Below the pieces are notes generated by a model. It did not search any database. It saw only the letters and a program-made list of their open reading frames with translations, and was not told the origin of the DNA. A stretch of 64,000 nucleotides of DNA, taken from Paramoeba atlantica. Its lineage: Eukaryota > Protista > Discosea. The stretch lies in the NCBI GenBank assembly GCA_977017575.1, contig CDRNVI010000040.1:620001-684000 (forward strand), in the 5' to 3' direction. Numbering within the stretch: position 1 is the first letter of the stretch; every line of letters starts with the position of its first letter. Positions 31,855-43,107 of this stretch are shown here, one piece after another. The translations under genes and the position numbers were made by a program.

Positions 31855-33793
31855 CCCCCCCTCTAATAACTAATTGTAAATTACCCTGTTCTCAAGATTT
31901 ATAAAGAATTAAGATTTATAAAGATTAAGGATGCGAGCGGGGTTTCATGGTGGTGCTTTAGGCCACCGGAAGTTCTGTCATCAGAAACTGGCTGGTCCAA
32001 AGACCAAGTTCATACATGGTTAATAAGAGGGGGTATTGAGAGCAACCCCGGCCCACGGGCAGTGTGGTGTTTCCGGTCAACTAAAAACGTCATCATCAAC
32101 TCTGGTTGGTCCAAAGCGCAAGTACGCACCCAGCTGATCCAAGGCTGCATTGAAAGCAACCCCGGACCGGGAAAGAAGAGGGGCCGTCCCCCCGGAAGAA
32201 AGTTCACACCTTCAGGTTCGTTGGATCTCGGGTCACTTCAGATCCAAGCAGACTCGACGATAGAGGAAAACCCAGGCCCGGAGCGCACACGCGGCCGGCC
32301 CAAGGAAAGCAAAACAAGAGTTAAAGATGTGTTGAATCTGGAAGAAATTCACCCTGGAAGCCCTTGCATATCTGGGGCCTCAGAAGCAGTCCCACGTGGG
32401 ACCATACTGGAGAAGATGGCTGGAGGAATATTCGAAGATTGTTCAACCAAAGAGGTTCAATCGGGATCGCATATCTCACAGAAACTGTGTAATACGACAA
32501 ATCTTCCGCCTCGTCAACTCCACGAAATACAAAGCCTGCGGGAAACATACACAAAACTGATTACGCGACCTAGTCTGCGTAAATTATATCACCTGCAATT
32601 ACCGTGCTGGAAGGAATTATGCGGTGGAATATGCAGAGACTTTGAAATACAACACACAGACACAAAAGCAAAGATGTCGTGGAACCTATTATGCGCAGTG
32701 AAGCAGTTCTTATTCCTGCCCGAAAGTCAACTGACTCATCGACAACTGGCGTATGAACTACGAAAGCGGATGGCCGAGCAAGAACCAAAATTTACCCCTT
32801 CGCTTGCAACCAAAAGTGTGGCAAAATTTAATCCGGTAGGGTGAGCAGAGGCACTGCTTAAACTTGATGCGATCGGGAAAGCGGCAAAAGCGCTAGAGGC
32901 GAAGGAACGACAACCACTATCTACTGAAGAGATCGCTAAGGCCATAGATCGACTTCACCCAAAGGCCTTTCGGGGTTATAAACATTTGCCGGCAAAATCT
33001 ATGGACATCGAAAAGCAAACCTTAACTGACAGGGCTAGAAAGCTCGCCAAAGGATCCGCGCCGGGCCCATCAGGCTGGACACGCGAACTTCTTATACCGC
33101 TCCTAGAGGACCAGGATATCGTGGCCTGCGTTACTTGGATAGCTACAGCAGTGCTGCGAAACTCCCGAGACGCTCAGCTAAGGGACGTCTTAACCAGCTC
33201 CACTCTGATCTTGCTGCGCAAGGAGGGCCCTTCCGTAGAAGGATCCCCAGCCTGCCGACCTATAGCACTGGGGGAAATCTTTCTTAAATTGGCTAGCCAA
33301 GTCTCCATGGACAGGGTAGCAGAAGCAACGGGCAGACTTTTCCAAGATACACAATTTGGTGTTGGAACAAGAAACGGAGGACCTAAAATAATATTAAGGG
33401 CAAGAAACGCGTTTCGTCAAGGCTTAAAAGCTGAGGTATTAGGGTGTATGGAAAGACGACGTTCTGCCTTGACAAGATATGAAGAGTCGAAGTCAGCAGT
33501 GCGTAAAGAAACCAGCGAACTACATGACGTCCATTCACTTCAGTTGATGGACAAGAGAACGCGCAATTGGACAGAGGCGCGTAGGAATCGGGGTGAGTAC
33601 TTCATGCGCGACGCAGAATGGCAAACAGCCATTCTTTTTCCATGTTTTTTTTTCTTTCATATTGTTTTCCATGTCCCCCCCCTTTATTAGGGCCTTTTGC
33701 CCAAAATCGGAGTCCTATTAAATAGGGGGGGATAGTAAATATAAATCCAAAAAAATTATAATCTATATTTATAATTAGTTATTAGAGGGGGGG
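31855..33793. mobile_element. TA-flanked element with perfect 21-bp TIRs carrying a retroelement fragment
   Basis: TA|CCCCCCCTCTAATAACTAATT ... AATTAGTTATTAGAGGGGGGG|TA. Confidence 0.8.
31870..33690 (+). pseudogene. CRE/SLACS-clade non-LTR retrotransposon ORF remnant with three 2A-like motifs and AT-hooks
   Basis: One frame with a single TGA (32842-44). GGIESNPGP, GCIESNPGP, TIEENPGP; KKRGRPP, RTRGRP; RT N-terminal motifs KGSAPGPSGWT, RPIALGE, QFGVG..GG. RT core (YxDD) missing; resumes at a post-RT-like NWTEA...DAEWQTAI segment. Confidence 0.85.
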
Positions 33794-33929
33794 TATATCG
33801 TACCCATTTAGTATGCCTACTAGGAATACCATCCTGGAACATGGTTTAGATAAATTCATAATTATTTGCACAACTTATGTACAACTTATGTAGGTCTTCT
33901 TTTTGTCTAGACGCCAATACCACCTTATA

Positions 33930-35000
33930 TCTCTTATCCTCATCCATACATGACTTGTCTCGACGCGTGCAAAGTACTCCTCCCAGAAGCCTTTCCTGAA
34001 ACCTCAGACCCTATCAAAAACGTCCCCGATGACCCTCTTCACATTTCGGTCCATCATCTACGCAACAGCATCCAAATTCGTGAAAACTACCTCCGTAGCC
34101 AAACCCATAAAACCCCACCTCCCCCCCTCAACCCCTCCACTCCCCCCACACCACAGCCCCCCCATCCACCCCACACCCCCCTCCCCCCCTCCACCGCTCT
34201 CACCCCCTCATCCCATCCCCCCATCCTCCCCATCCACCCTCTCGCCCTACGCTCCCGTCACACACGCTCCCCCTCCCCCTCCCCCCCTCCCCGCTGGTCC
34301 CTTCGCCGTGTCCTTGCCGCCCACGACGCCTCCGTGCACGCCCTCACCGTGGACCCCAGCAACACCCTCTTCTTCAGCGCCTCCGCGGACGGCACCGTGA
34401 GGGCCTGGGACCTCGCGACCTGCGCGCTCCGGGTCACGCTCACGGGCCACCGTGCCGGGGTGCGCGCGTTGGCCTGCAGCGGGTCCCACCCCTACGTGTA
34501 CAGCGCGGGGGAGGACCGCAGGGTGCGGTGCTGGGACCTGGACCACGGGAACGTGGTGGTGCGTCAGCTGGTGGGGAGCCTCGGGGGGGTGTACGCTGTG
34601 GGGGAACACCCGGGGGTCGCGGGGGTGGTGGTGAGTGGGGGGGGTGATGGGGCGGTGCGGGTGTGGGATCTACGCACCTCGAGAGGGGTGTTTACGATGG
34701 TGGGGCACTGCGGGGCGGTGAGTGCGGTGGGGTGTGGGCGGGCGGAGCCGCAGGTGGTGTCGTGTGGGGGGGCGGATGGGACGGTGAGGTTGTGGGATTT
34801 GGCCGCGGGGAGGTGTAGGGAGACGTTGACGAGGCATAGGAAAGGGGTGAGGTGTGGGGTGATTCACCCGGTGGAGTATGGAATGGTGAGTTGTAGTTCG
34901 GATTCGGTGAGGAAGTGGGCGTTTCCGAAGGGGGAGGCGGTGCAGAAGCATGATCCGCAGTTCCCGCGGGAGGAGGGGACGGGGGAGGGTTCCGGCTTGC
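33930..35000. other. Skew-inversion island 2, inside PLRG1
   Basis: C-rich ~33930-34390, G/T-rich ~34450-35000, CpG-dense switch ~34400-34450. Confidence 0.9.
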
Positions 35001-35278
35001 GTGGGTCTGCACCGGACTTGATTCATGGTTGTGCGGTGAACCCTCAGGGTAACATTTTAGTAACGTGTCGTGGTTCCGGTGAGCTATGTTTTCATGACTG
35101 GAGCACGCTGCAAGTTTTTCAGCGTTCCATGGAGAAATCTTATTCTTTGCGTGAGAAATCGGAAGTGCCGTCGAGTGGTCCCAGCATACGTAGTTGCTCG
35201 TTTGATTTTAGTGGTTCACGATTATTGACCGCCCTAGAGGACAAAACGATTCATTGTTGGCAAGAGGTTACCGAATAA
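33950..35278 (+). CDS. PLRG1: Pleiotropic regulator 1 (PLRG1/Prp46), NTC spliceosomal WD40 protein
   Basis: WSLRRVLAAH...VDPSN..FFSASADGTVRAWDLAT..LRVTLTGH; HPYVYSAGEDRRVRCWDL; EPQVVS; TLTRHRKGVR. Confidence 0.88.
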   Translation: MTCLDACKVLLPEAFPETSDPIKNVPDDPLHISVHHLRNSIQIRENYLRSQTHKTPPPPLNPSTPPTPQPPHPPHTPLPPSTALTPSSHPPILPIHPLALRSRHTRSPSPSPPPRWSLRRVLAAHDASVHALTVDPSNTLFFSASADGTVRAWDLATCALRVTLTGHRAGVRALACSGSHPYVYSAGEDRRVRCWDLDHGNVVVRQLVGSLGGVYAVGEHPGVAGVVVSGGGDGAVRVWDLRTSRGVFTMVGHCGAVSAVGCGRAEPQVVSCGGADGTVRLWDLAAGRCRETLTRHRKGVRCGVIHPVEYGMVSCSSDSVRKWAFPKGEAVQKHDPQFPREEGTGEGSGLRGSAPDLIHGCAVNPQGNILVTCRGSGELCFHDWSTLQVFQRSMEKSYSLREKSEVPSSGPSIRSCSFDFSGSRLLTALEDKTIHCWQEVTE

Positions 35279-35920
35279 ATCGAGCTTGAATATACAGCTG
35301 GGGAAAGATGCAGGCTGGGGAAAGATGTACATACTGTGCTTTCATGAACACCCTTCGCTTTCCATTGGTACAGGATGCATGTACGGAATTACGTATCCTT
35401 TCTGCCTTGTAGTGGTGCAGTTGATTTTTTACTGCTACTTTTTTATCGCTCCTCTTCTGCGAAATATTGCACTACGCAAATGAACATTGCGCAAGATTTT
35501 GACATTTGCGCATGATTTTGAAGAATTTTCTACCTCACGTCTACTAGCCTCCGGTTGGTGGTGCGAAAATAAAAGTTTTACCTTGTCTTGAAGATACAGA
35601 AGTATCTCGCAGATACAGTATTAGGTATTCATGAACAGGTACTGCGCATACAGCTGTATGGCCATCTCCCGGGTCAGAGTCCACATGTTTTAGGCTGCGG
35701 TGTACAGGAGGTACCGAGACGGCATCAGGTGGGAAGCCCGCACTTACAATATGTATAAAGTTGATATTCGTGTTGCATGCATTTCTAGCGCAGATTTAAG
35801 CTACACGTCCCTTTTTCATTTTGCATTGATTTATCAATTCTTCTACAGTTTTCTCCAGGTGTACTATTTCTTTAGTCTGTCTTACTTCCTTATTTATCTC
35901 ATATTTATGTACAATGCAAT

Positions 35921-37969
35921 ATGAGTGAGGAGGCATGGCAAGCCCACGACAAAGCACTACGCGTGGCTGTGAAGAGAAAACGTAAAGAAGGGACTTCACT
36001 TTCCCTTAAAGAGGCTGCATATGATGTCTTATCCAAGCATAAGCTGCCTCTTAGCTCGACCTATATCACAGGATACGCGCAATCTCGTAAGTACTTCCGT
36101 ACACAAGGTCTCACCCCGGATGCCAGCCTTTCCGCTCAGCTCTATGTCGGTATCCGAGATCGTGGGGACTCCTTTGCTTTTGGAATGTTACATGGACGCT
36201 TTTACCAAAGGTCACGAGAGGATGAAATCCTTTGTAATGTTCTTATTTCTTCTGAGTACCAAGGACTGGGCATGAGACTGTTTCAAAAGCGCTATAAGTA
36301 CATTCCACCGGAGGCCGAGCATCGGTTTCTTTGCTGGGGCCTCTCCACGATATCTCCTTCATGTGGATTAGGTTTGTTTGTTCGAGAGGGGCGGTGCATT
36401 CCCGCAGGCTGTATTGTCTGTGAGTACGATGGAATACGCAAGAAAATGCCCCGAAACTCTTCACGTCCAAAGAGAAGGCCAAACAAAAACAAAAGGATGA
36501 AGAGGCGTCACAGCCCTGATTCGAATAATGATTTATGGAATGCAGAACACAAATCTTTGAAGATCACACAGTCGAACGCGTCTGGCTCTGAGCCATTCCA
36601 CCCCTATGCCGTAACAGCTGCGAGAAACACTTCACATGCCGTTATGATTGATGGTATGGATAGTGCGGGTACAATTTTGAGTCTAGCTTCTTTGGCAAAC
36701 GACGCGGGTCCTTGCTTTTCGAATACCACATACGTTGAATTTTATGATACCCATCCAGGGAAAGTTTTTCTTGTCGCAACAAAACTCTTGGGTCCTGGAA
36801 CGGAGATTTTTGTGCAATACGGACCCAAGTATTGGGGTATAAAAAGTTATCCCACTCTTGAGAGTTGTCCACTGCTCTCGGATTGGGTTCAACTTATTCA
36901 AGGGGATACGTGCGCTCAGCACCCAATAGAGGAAGAATTTCTTGAGAAATGCGAAAAATGTTCTCAACAGAAGATTCCTAAACGACTGTATGCGCTGCAT
37001 TTACGATCTGAATGTGGAGACACGTTATGTAGCGTACGTCTCAAAAACATGAACTCTCTTCCTCACAATGATTTTACGACGCCCAGTATGCCAACAAAAA
37101 ACAAAGATCCACAAAATGTGAGAAAAAGCAACGGCGCTATCACTCATAATCACAAGCTGAAGAATTCGTTGTCTTTTCCAAGTAAAATTAGTTTTACGGA
37201 TCGCAAGCGCGCCATGTGCATGGTGGACACAACAGACGATATGACTTTGCATTACACACACGATTCCGATTCTTGTGACATAAACAAGGCTTCTTCAAAC
37301 AAGAATAAAAGAAAAAATGGTGTCGTGAATGGAGCTGTTACATCCCACGAAATAGCGTTAGTAGAGAACAAATATTCTGACGGAGAGGATAATATTGAAC
37401 TGGTCAGCATTGAACCAGTGGTTTCTAACACTTCTGAATCTGAACCTCTCAATAAATGTCTGTCCCTATCTTGGCCTGAGGAACTGCACCCTTTCCCAAT
37501 ATTTATAAACTCATTCTCGAAGAGTATGAAGGCATCGTTCACTCATGAAAAAGAAACGTCCGAGTCCTACGTAGATTACTTTAGACGACAAAGAAGGCAA
37601 GTTTTTCTTTCTATTCATTCTATTTTTCAAAAGCTCAACGAGCAACAATCCCCTCTAGATATTCCTGAGGCTTGTGATTTTGCTTGGCCGAAAGATTCTG
37701 ATCCTTCCGGTGAAATTTTCCTTAAAAATAACTTCGTTTTTTTCTACGAATTTTTTCAAGAACTCTGTAATAATGAAAAGCATTGCAACTCGTGGAGTAA
37801 ACTTTGGTCGGATGTATCGGTGACTCTACGGTGGCACCTTCCTTCATGCGAAATAAGTTATGAGTCGAAGTTATCATGTATTTCATCGGAACTTTCGTCC
37901 ATTTTAGTTCAGTTTGTGGAGGTTTACCGTATCTTACTTCAAGATCCTGGTGGTAGTGTTTTTATTTAA
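35921..37969 (+). CDS. HARE-HTH-like winged helix + SET domain protein
   Basis: LKEAAYDVLSKHKLPLS...QGLTPDASLSAQLY (HARE-HTH pattern EAA..VL....PL...GKTP.ASL.A.LY); SET motifs GLGLF..G.IVCEYDG, LANDAG, EIFVQYG..YW; CxxC...H...C after SET. Confidence 0.75.
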   Translation: MSEEAWQAHDKALRVAVKRKRKEGTSLSLKEAAYDVLSKHKLPLSSTYITGYAQSRKYFRTQGLTPDASLSAQLYVGIRDRGDSFAFGMLHGRFYQRSREDEILCNVLISSEYQGLGMRLFQKRYKYIPPEAEHRFLCWGLSTISPSCGLGLFVREGRCIPAGCIVCEYDGIRKKMPRNSSRPKRRPNKNKRMKRRHSPDSNNDLWNAEHKSLKITQSNASGSEPFHPYAVTAARNTSHAVMIDGMDSAGTILSLASLANDAGPCFSNTTYVEFYDTHPGKVFLVATKLLGPGTEIFVQYGPKYWGIKSYPTLESCPLLSDWVQLIQGDTCAQHPIEEEFLEKCEKCSQQKIPKRLYALHLRSECGDTLCSVRLKNMNSLPHNDFTTPSMPTKNKDPQNVRKSNGAITHNHKLKNSLSFPSKISFTDRKRAMCMVDTTDDMTLHYTHDSDSCDINKASSNKNKRKNGVVNGAVTSHEIALVENKYSDGEDNIELVSIEPVVSNTSESEPLNKCLSLSWPEELHPFPIFINSFSKSMKASFTHEKETSESYVDYFRRQRRQVFLSIHSIFQKLNEQQSPLDIPEACDFAWPKDSDPSGEIFLKNNFVFFYEFFQELCNNEKHCNSWSKLWSDVSVTLRWHLPSCEISYESKLSCISSELSSILVQFVEVYRILLQDPGGSVFI

Positions 37970-38116
37970 AGAAAAACAGCTTGTTCATTATACTTAATAT
38001 TTTTACATAAGATGTTTGTTCATATCGAACACACTATGTATGAGAAAGAAAACTTCGCTCTCTTACACAACATTTTATCAGTTCCTATTAAGCAAAAAAT
38101 TTATTTATGCTTTACG

Positions 38117-38986
38117 ATGGATTTTTTGAAGAGTCTGTTTGACGGAAGTCGGTCGGTGCCTCATCCATCACCCGAAAATGCATCGCATCCACAAATGGAA
38201 GCCAAAGTCGCTGAAAAGAATAAGGGTACGGAGTTTCAAAAAATAGATTCCACCTCCTATCCGTCTGTTGAGGCGGACAAACTTGCAACTACGGAAGACT
38301 CAGAATCTTCTTTCGTCAACGTAATTCCGGGAAGATGTCCCTCTTCAGAGGATATCGGACGTGCCGGGTGGAATATCTTACACACAATGGCGGCAGCCTA
38401 TCCATCGCATCCAACTTCCTCTCAGAAACAGAACATGGATCACTTTTTGCACAACTGGTCTTATCTGTACGCCTGTCAGCACTGTGCAGTCAACATGCGG
38501 GCTGAGTTTCGTGAGGGAAATGGTTTCTCGCAGTGGAAACCGGATCCTGTTGTAGAACAAAAGTTTATGTCAAATTCTTCACATGATTCGTCAGAAACGA
38601 AAAGGTTCTACTTTCCTGTTGACTCCAAACTTACCATCACACGATTTCTGTGTGAACTGCACAATAACGTAAATCACCGACTCAATAAGCCAATCTATGA
38701 TTGCGATCCTTCTGTAGTTTTGCGGCGCTGGCATCCTGGGTATCCAAATATCGAAGATGAGGAGTCCCTAACAGAAACTGATGACCGTCTAGTATATCAA
38801 GGGGCGGCCGACTCTGCCAATTCTTTTTCTACTCCTAGCGCTAACCCTTCATCTTCTACTGTGGATGATTCATGGAAACGAACAGAAGGTACTACTGTTG
38901 AGAATTCAAAAGACAGCATGGACACAGAAACAATCTTGGAGAGATTAAAAAAATGTGGAGTGTGGTGCCCGAAAAATGAAGACTAG
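38117..38986 (+). CDS. ERV1: Erv1/ALR sulfhydryl oxidase, kinetoplastid type
   Basis: IGRAGWNILHTMAAAYP, CQHC active site, CELHNNVNHRLNKP..DC, long acidic arm and C-terminal CGVWC. Confidence 0.9.
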   Translation: MDFLKSLFDGSRSVPHPSPENASHPQMEAKVAEKNKGTEFQKIDSTSYPSVEADKLATTEDSESSFVNVIPGRCPSSEDIGRAGWNILHTMAAAYPSHPTSSQKQNMDHFLHNWSYLYACQHCAVNMRAEFREGNGFSQWKPDPVVEQKFMSNSSHDSSETKRFYFPVDSKLTITRFLCELHNNVNHRLNKPIYDCDPSVVLRRWHPGYPNIEDEESLTETDDRLVYQGAADSANSFSTPSANPSSSTVDDSWKRTEGTTVENSKDSMDTETILERLKKCGVWCPKNED

Positions 38987-39639
38987 ACAACCGCAAAAAC
39001 GTGTTTGAGTATGTCATTCAGGCATTGATACTTCTTTCGCTTGTAAAAGGATAACTATTCAAAAGGTCAAAAAATATTTAAAAGTGTCAGGCTTCCGACG
39101 AAAAGCATCCTGGAGATTACATATGCTTCCGTTAAACTTTCGCAAATGGTGCTAGATAATTGCGTTGGGCTGAGTGCCCAATGGTTCAATGGCCACATAC
39201 ATCTGATGTATGCTGCCTCTCATGTATACACACATACACATACATAAATTAGACATTCAATGGCCTATCGTAATTTACCCCTATTATGGGTGTAAAATCC
39301 CTTACATCACATTTTCTAGAGAGTTGTTCGAAACAAATCCCTACTACATGAAGATCTATTTTCTGAAATTCACCTCTTCTCCAGCTGTATCATCTGGTCC
39401 ACTATAGGTTGAATCCATGTTGTGGGAGCTTGAAAACGTTTTGACAGTCCTAGAAGTCGCGCGTAGGGCTGCCAAGAACGATACCTTATTGGGCACCTTG
39501 CTTCCTTTCTCGAGATCGTATTTTCTCCACTTTTTTCTAAACCAAACGACTACACAAGACGCAACGAACTTAAAAATATTTTTTTTATATCCCTTCTTAT
39601 CACTATCTCTTCACATCTTTCTTCAACCCTTCAAAACCC

Positions 39640-39892
39640 TAAATCAACACTCTACCCCCATGAACCCCCCCTAACCTCACACTCACCCACACCCCCCTCC
39701 ACACAACCACACCCATGCCCCACCCCCGCTCCTCCAAAACCACCACCAAAAAAGGCGAACACGGTACCATCGCCGCCCCCGCCCTTAACAAAGCCCCCGC
39801 CCCCTCCCAACTCACCGCGACCTCCCTCCTCCACGAGGCCACCGCACTGGTCCAGAAACAGCAGCAACGCGCACAGGGCCTTCCCGTAGCCA

Positions 39893-39923
<31 letters not shown>

Positions 39924-40500
39924 CTCCCCCCTACTCTCCCACCCCCACGACATGGAGCGCTATGTCAGCCAGAAACGACAGGACTACGAAAAGGCCCTAC
40001 GCGACCACCCTGGCGCCTTAACCCGTTGGGTACACTACGCCCGCTGGGAGGAGCGCCTCGGGGACTTACCGAAGTCCCGGGGGGTGTTGGAGCGTATGCT
40101 GCGGCGCCCCGCGGGGGAGGGGGGGGAGGGGGAGGGGGGGTGGGAGCACCGCGCAGGGGTGGAGAAGCGGGCAGGGTTGGTGGGGAGGGCGGAGGGGGTG
40201 TATGAGAGGGCAACGGGGGTGCTGCCACGGGTGCCGGGGTTGTGGTACCGCTGGGCGTTGGTGGTGGAGATGTCGGGGAGGTGTCCCGGGGGGGTGTTTG
40301 AGAGGTGGGTGGGGAGGGAGGAGAGGGGGGAGGGGGGGGTGCCACATGCGGCGTGGGAGCACTATGTGGAGGGGTTGATGCGGTGGGGGGAGAATGCGGA
40401 GGCGAGGAAGGTGTGTGCGCGGTATGTTATGGTGAAGAATGATTTGTCGAGCTGGATGTATTACGCGAATCTGGAGGAAAAGGATATGAAGGATGTGGAT
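39640..40500. other. Skew-inversion island 3, at the 5' end of the CRN gene
   Basis: C/A-rich ~39640-40050, G-rich ~40080-40500. Confidence 0.88.
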
Positions 40501-43107
40501 CGCGCGGAAAATGTGTACAAGACGGCATTAAGTGCCTTGCCAGAAATCGATGACGCTTTACTGCTCGAGTATGCCTCGTTTTCGTCCCGGCATGGTCGAT
40601 ATGACAGTTCACGCACTGCTCTGCACCACGCTTTGAGCAACCAAAAAGAAAAATACCATAAGGAGCTGACGTCCACGTCTGATAAGGATTTAATCTCTTG
40701 GAAAGGGAAGGCTCCTGACAACCTCACGTACAATTCCATTTTTTTCGCAGACGACGATTCGGTTGGGCCTTCCCAATCCTCTCAGGATCGTATTTTTCAA
40801 ACGCTTTTGGATCTTGAGCGGGAGTCGTCGGGTCGCCCTGACGGCGTGTGGAAAGAGATCTTACATGAGTACACTCGATGGCGCTACGAAAAGTGGTTTC
40901 GGTGGGTACAATCGTTTACAACGAAGTCTTTGCTGGAGTGTAAGGTAAACATGCAAATAAGTCCCGTCTTGAAGCCCGTAGCTCTGCTTTCCATTGCTCC
41001 CTTACTCTGGATGAATTGGCTAAAATATGAAAGCTCAAAATTTGATAATCTAAATAAAAAGCTTATAGTTCTAGAAGCTCCTAAAACCCATATTTATTAT
41101 GCGAAGAGCGGATTATCGGAAACTCATTCGTGTGATCATATAAATGATACACTCCAACAAGTTGAAAAACAAAAGGTATTTCTGCAGACTTTGCTGGAAA
41201 ACCTTATTCTAGATGGACGTCGCAGGATTCAAAGTTTAAAGGACGAAATAATGGGTCTCGAGTTCGGAACTGCTGAAGCTCAAACGATATCACATCAGCT
41301 TGCATTTCTTTGCTGCTCTTATTGCTACCTGAGTCTTATTTCATCTAAGATAATTAAATCCGGAATCAAAGAGGGCAGTGCATCGGAGGATTGTCTAAGC
41401 ATTTGCCTGTCGATGTTGGACACTGTCGTGCAGCTCTTATCAGAGAGGAACTTTTTCAGTTTTTCTTCACTCTTTGTAGCCCTGAAACAGAATGTGTATT
41501 CCTCGTTATTTTCTATCATATTGCCAAAAGACGAACTTGTACGCGAGCCATCCTTTTTCCATGATCCAATAGTTTCTTCACGAATTGAGTTGTATCGAGT
41601 GAAGATGCAAGAAGCTCTTGTCAATATCAACTTTCCTAGTGCTGCCAATTGTAGAAAGGAAGTTGGTTTTGTGAATCTATTTTCTGCTGTATTACGTTCT
41701 CGGAATGCACTATATCAAGATGCGATAAATGTGGAAGAATTGATTAAAGAATCTTCTAAAGCACGAGAGCTACTTTTATCTTGGATCCGAAGTACCAGTG
41801 AGGCCGCTATAAATGTACTTAATGCTTATTCATGGATGAGTTTACCGACTAGGCTACAAACACAAACTTTAAATGACTTGTGGGTTTCTTGGAAGTGTCT
41901 ACTAGAATTTGAAATCCGTGAAAAACAATATAAGCGGTTTCATCAATTCTTTATTTTCTTGCAACGACAGGCCACGCAGCTTCAAGATTCCATACACTAT
42001 TGTAAAGACACTATTGAAGAGGAGTTACACACTTCGAGATTCATATTGCTAGATCAAAAGGAATCTTGGGAATCTTTGACTCATTTTCCAGTGTGGGGAA
42101 TAACTCTCGCAAATCACATGTGCTCTTATTTTGCATTAGCTGATCACTCTACGAATCCATCTCAAAGTACAAGCGCTGCGTTCGCTAATTCTTACTTTTT
42201 GCCCAGTACTGACACGTGGATACAGTTGGTTCAACTGTTAGATCTTGCCATTCCAGTTGAAATTCATTCTCTGGAATCTATGCAATTATTGACCTCAGTG
42301 ATTGGGTACATACGTATTCGCCTGCAGCGCCTTCTTCGTTTTCTAGTTGGTTTATCCTACCTATTGCATCTTTCTCGAAGTGATGCATTCCCCACACTTC
42401 TTTCGAAAATACTCTCAATGGGAGATGCTGATTCGGAATTGCCAAATGGTTTTTCTGATAGTGCAGAGGAAGTCAAAGGTTCCGGACGTTATCCAGAAAC
42501 TTCCGATGATATCGCTAAGACAGCAGATCGTTTACTTCGTCGTATCACCTCTTCACTTTCCGAAAAGGAAACCTTGAAAATATACACAAGAGTGCAGCAC
42601 CATATGCCAGAATTATGGAGAGTACTTGAAGCGAATTTTGTTCTTGAGCTTCGGAATTATGTTTCTGTTCAGCTTTTCCTTTTCACCTGCCTGAAATCCC
42701 AAAATGATCAAGATAGCTTAGCATGCGCAAGAGATGCAAACGCACAATTTGTAGGAGTACTCAATGACATTCATATCGCTTTTGGGTCTCTACAAAGTTG
42801 TTTACAAGTCGAGAACCACCCTGTAGTTTTTGTTGGCCTCTCTGAAGCGCTTGAACGGATCTCAAACATTAGAGTACGAGATATTTCAACACAGCGTAAC
42901 TTATTTGAGCCAACCGTCAATCTTGGAAAGGAGTATCAAGAGGAAGTTGAGTTATTTCTTACCTCTCATCCTCACTACAGAGAAGTGACAATAAGTCCGC
43001 ATCCAAAACCGGGAAGTGGGCCTTGCATATCCGTTGAAACCGGTGAGAAAGCTAAAGCAGTTAAAAGGTCCAAGCTTTTTGATATCGCTGCAAATCTTGA
43101 TAAATAG
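39715..43107 (+). CDS. Crooked neck-like HAT-repeat splicing factor (CRN/Clf1/Syf3), divergent
   Basis: YVSQKRQDYEKALR...WVHYARWEE..RGVLERML; LWYRWALVVE; HAT-like repeats; C-terminal KLFDIA. Confidence 0.7.

Larger units (their letters stand above)
31620..33824. mobile_element. Outer 18-bp inverted-repeat element enclosing the inner TIR element
   Basis: CCTAGTAGGCATACTAAA (31620-31637) / TTTAGTATGCCTACTAGG (33807-33824); TSD unclear. Confidence 0.6.

Noticed and set aside
32842-32844. TGA as a reassigned or readthrough codon
   Set aside because: TGA ends ordinary genes here (e.g. 10754, 11917, 17060); a CGA-to-TGA nonsense change in a decayed element is simpler.
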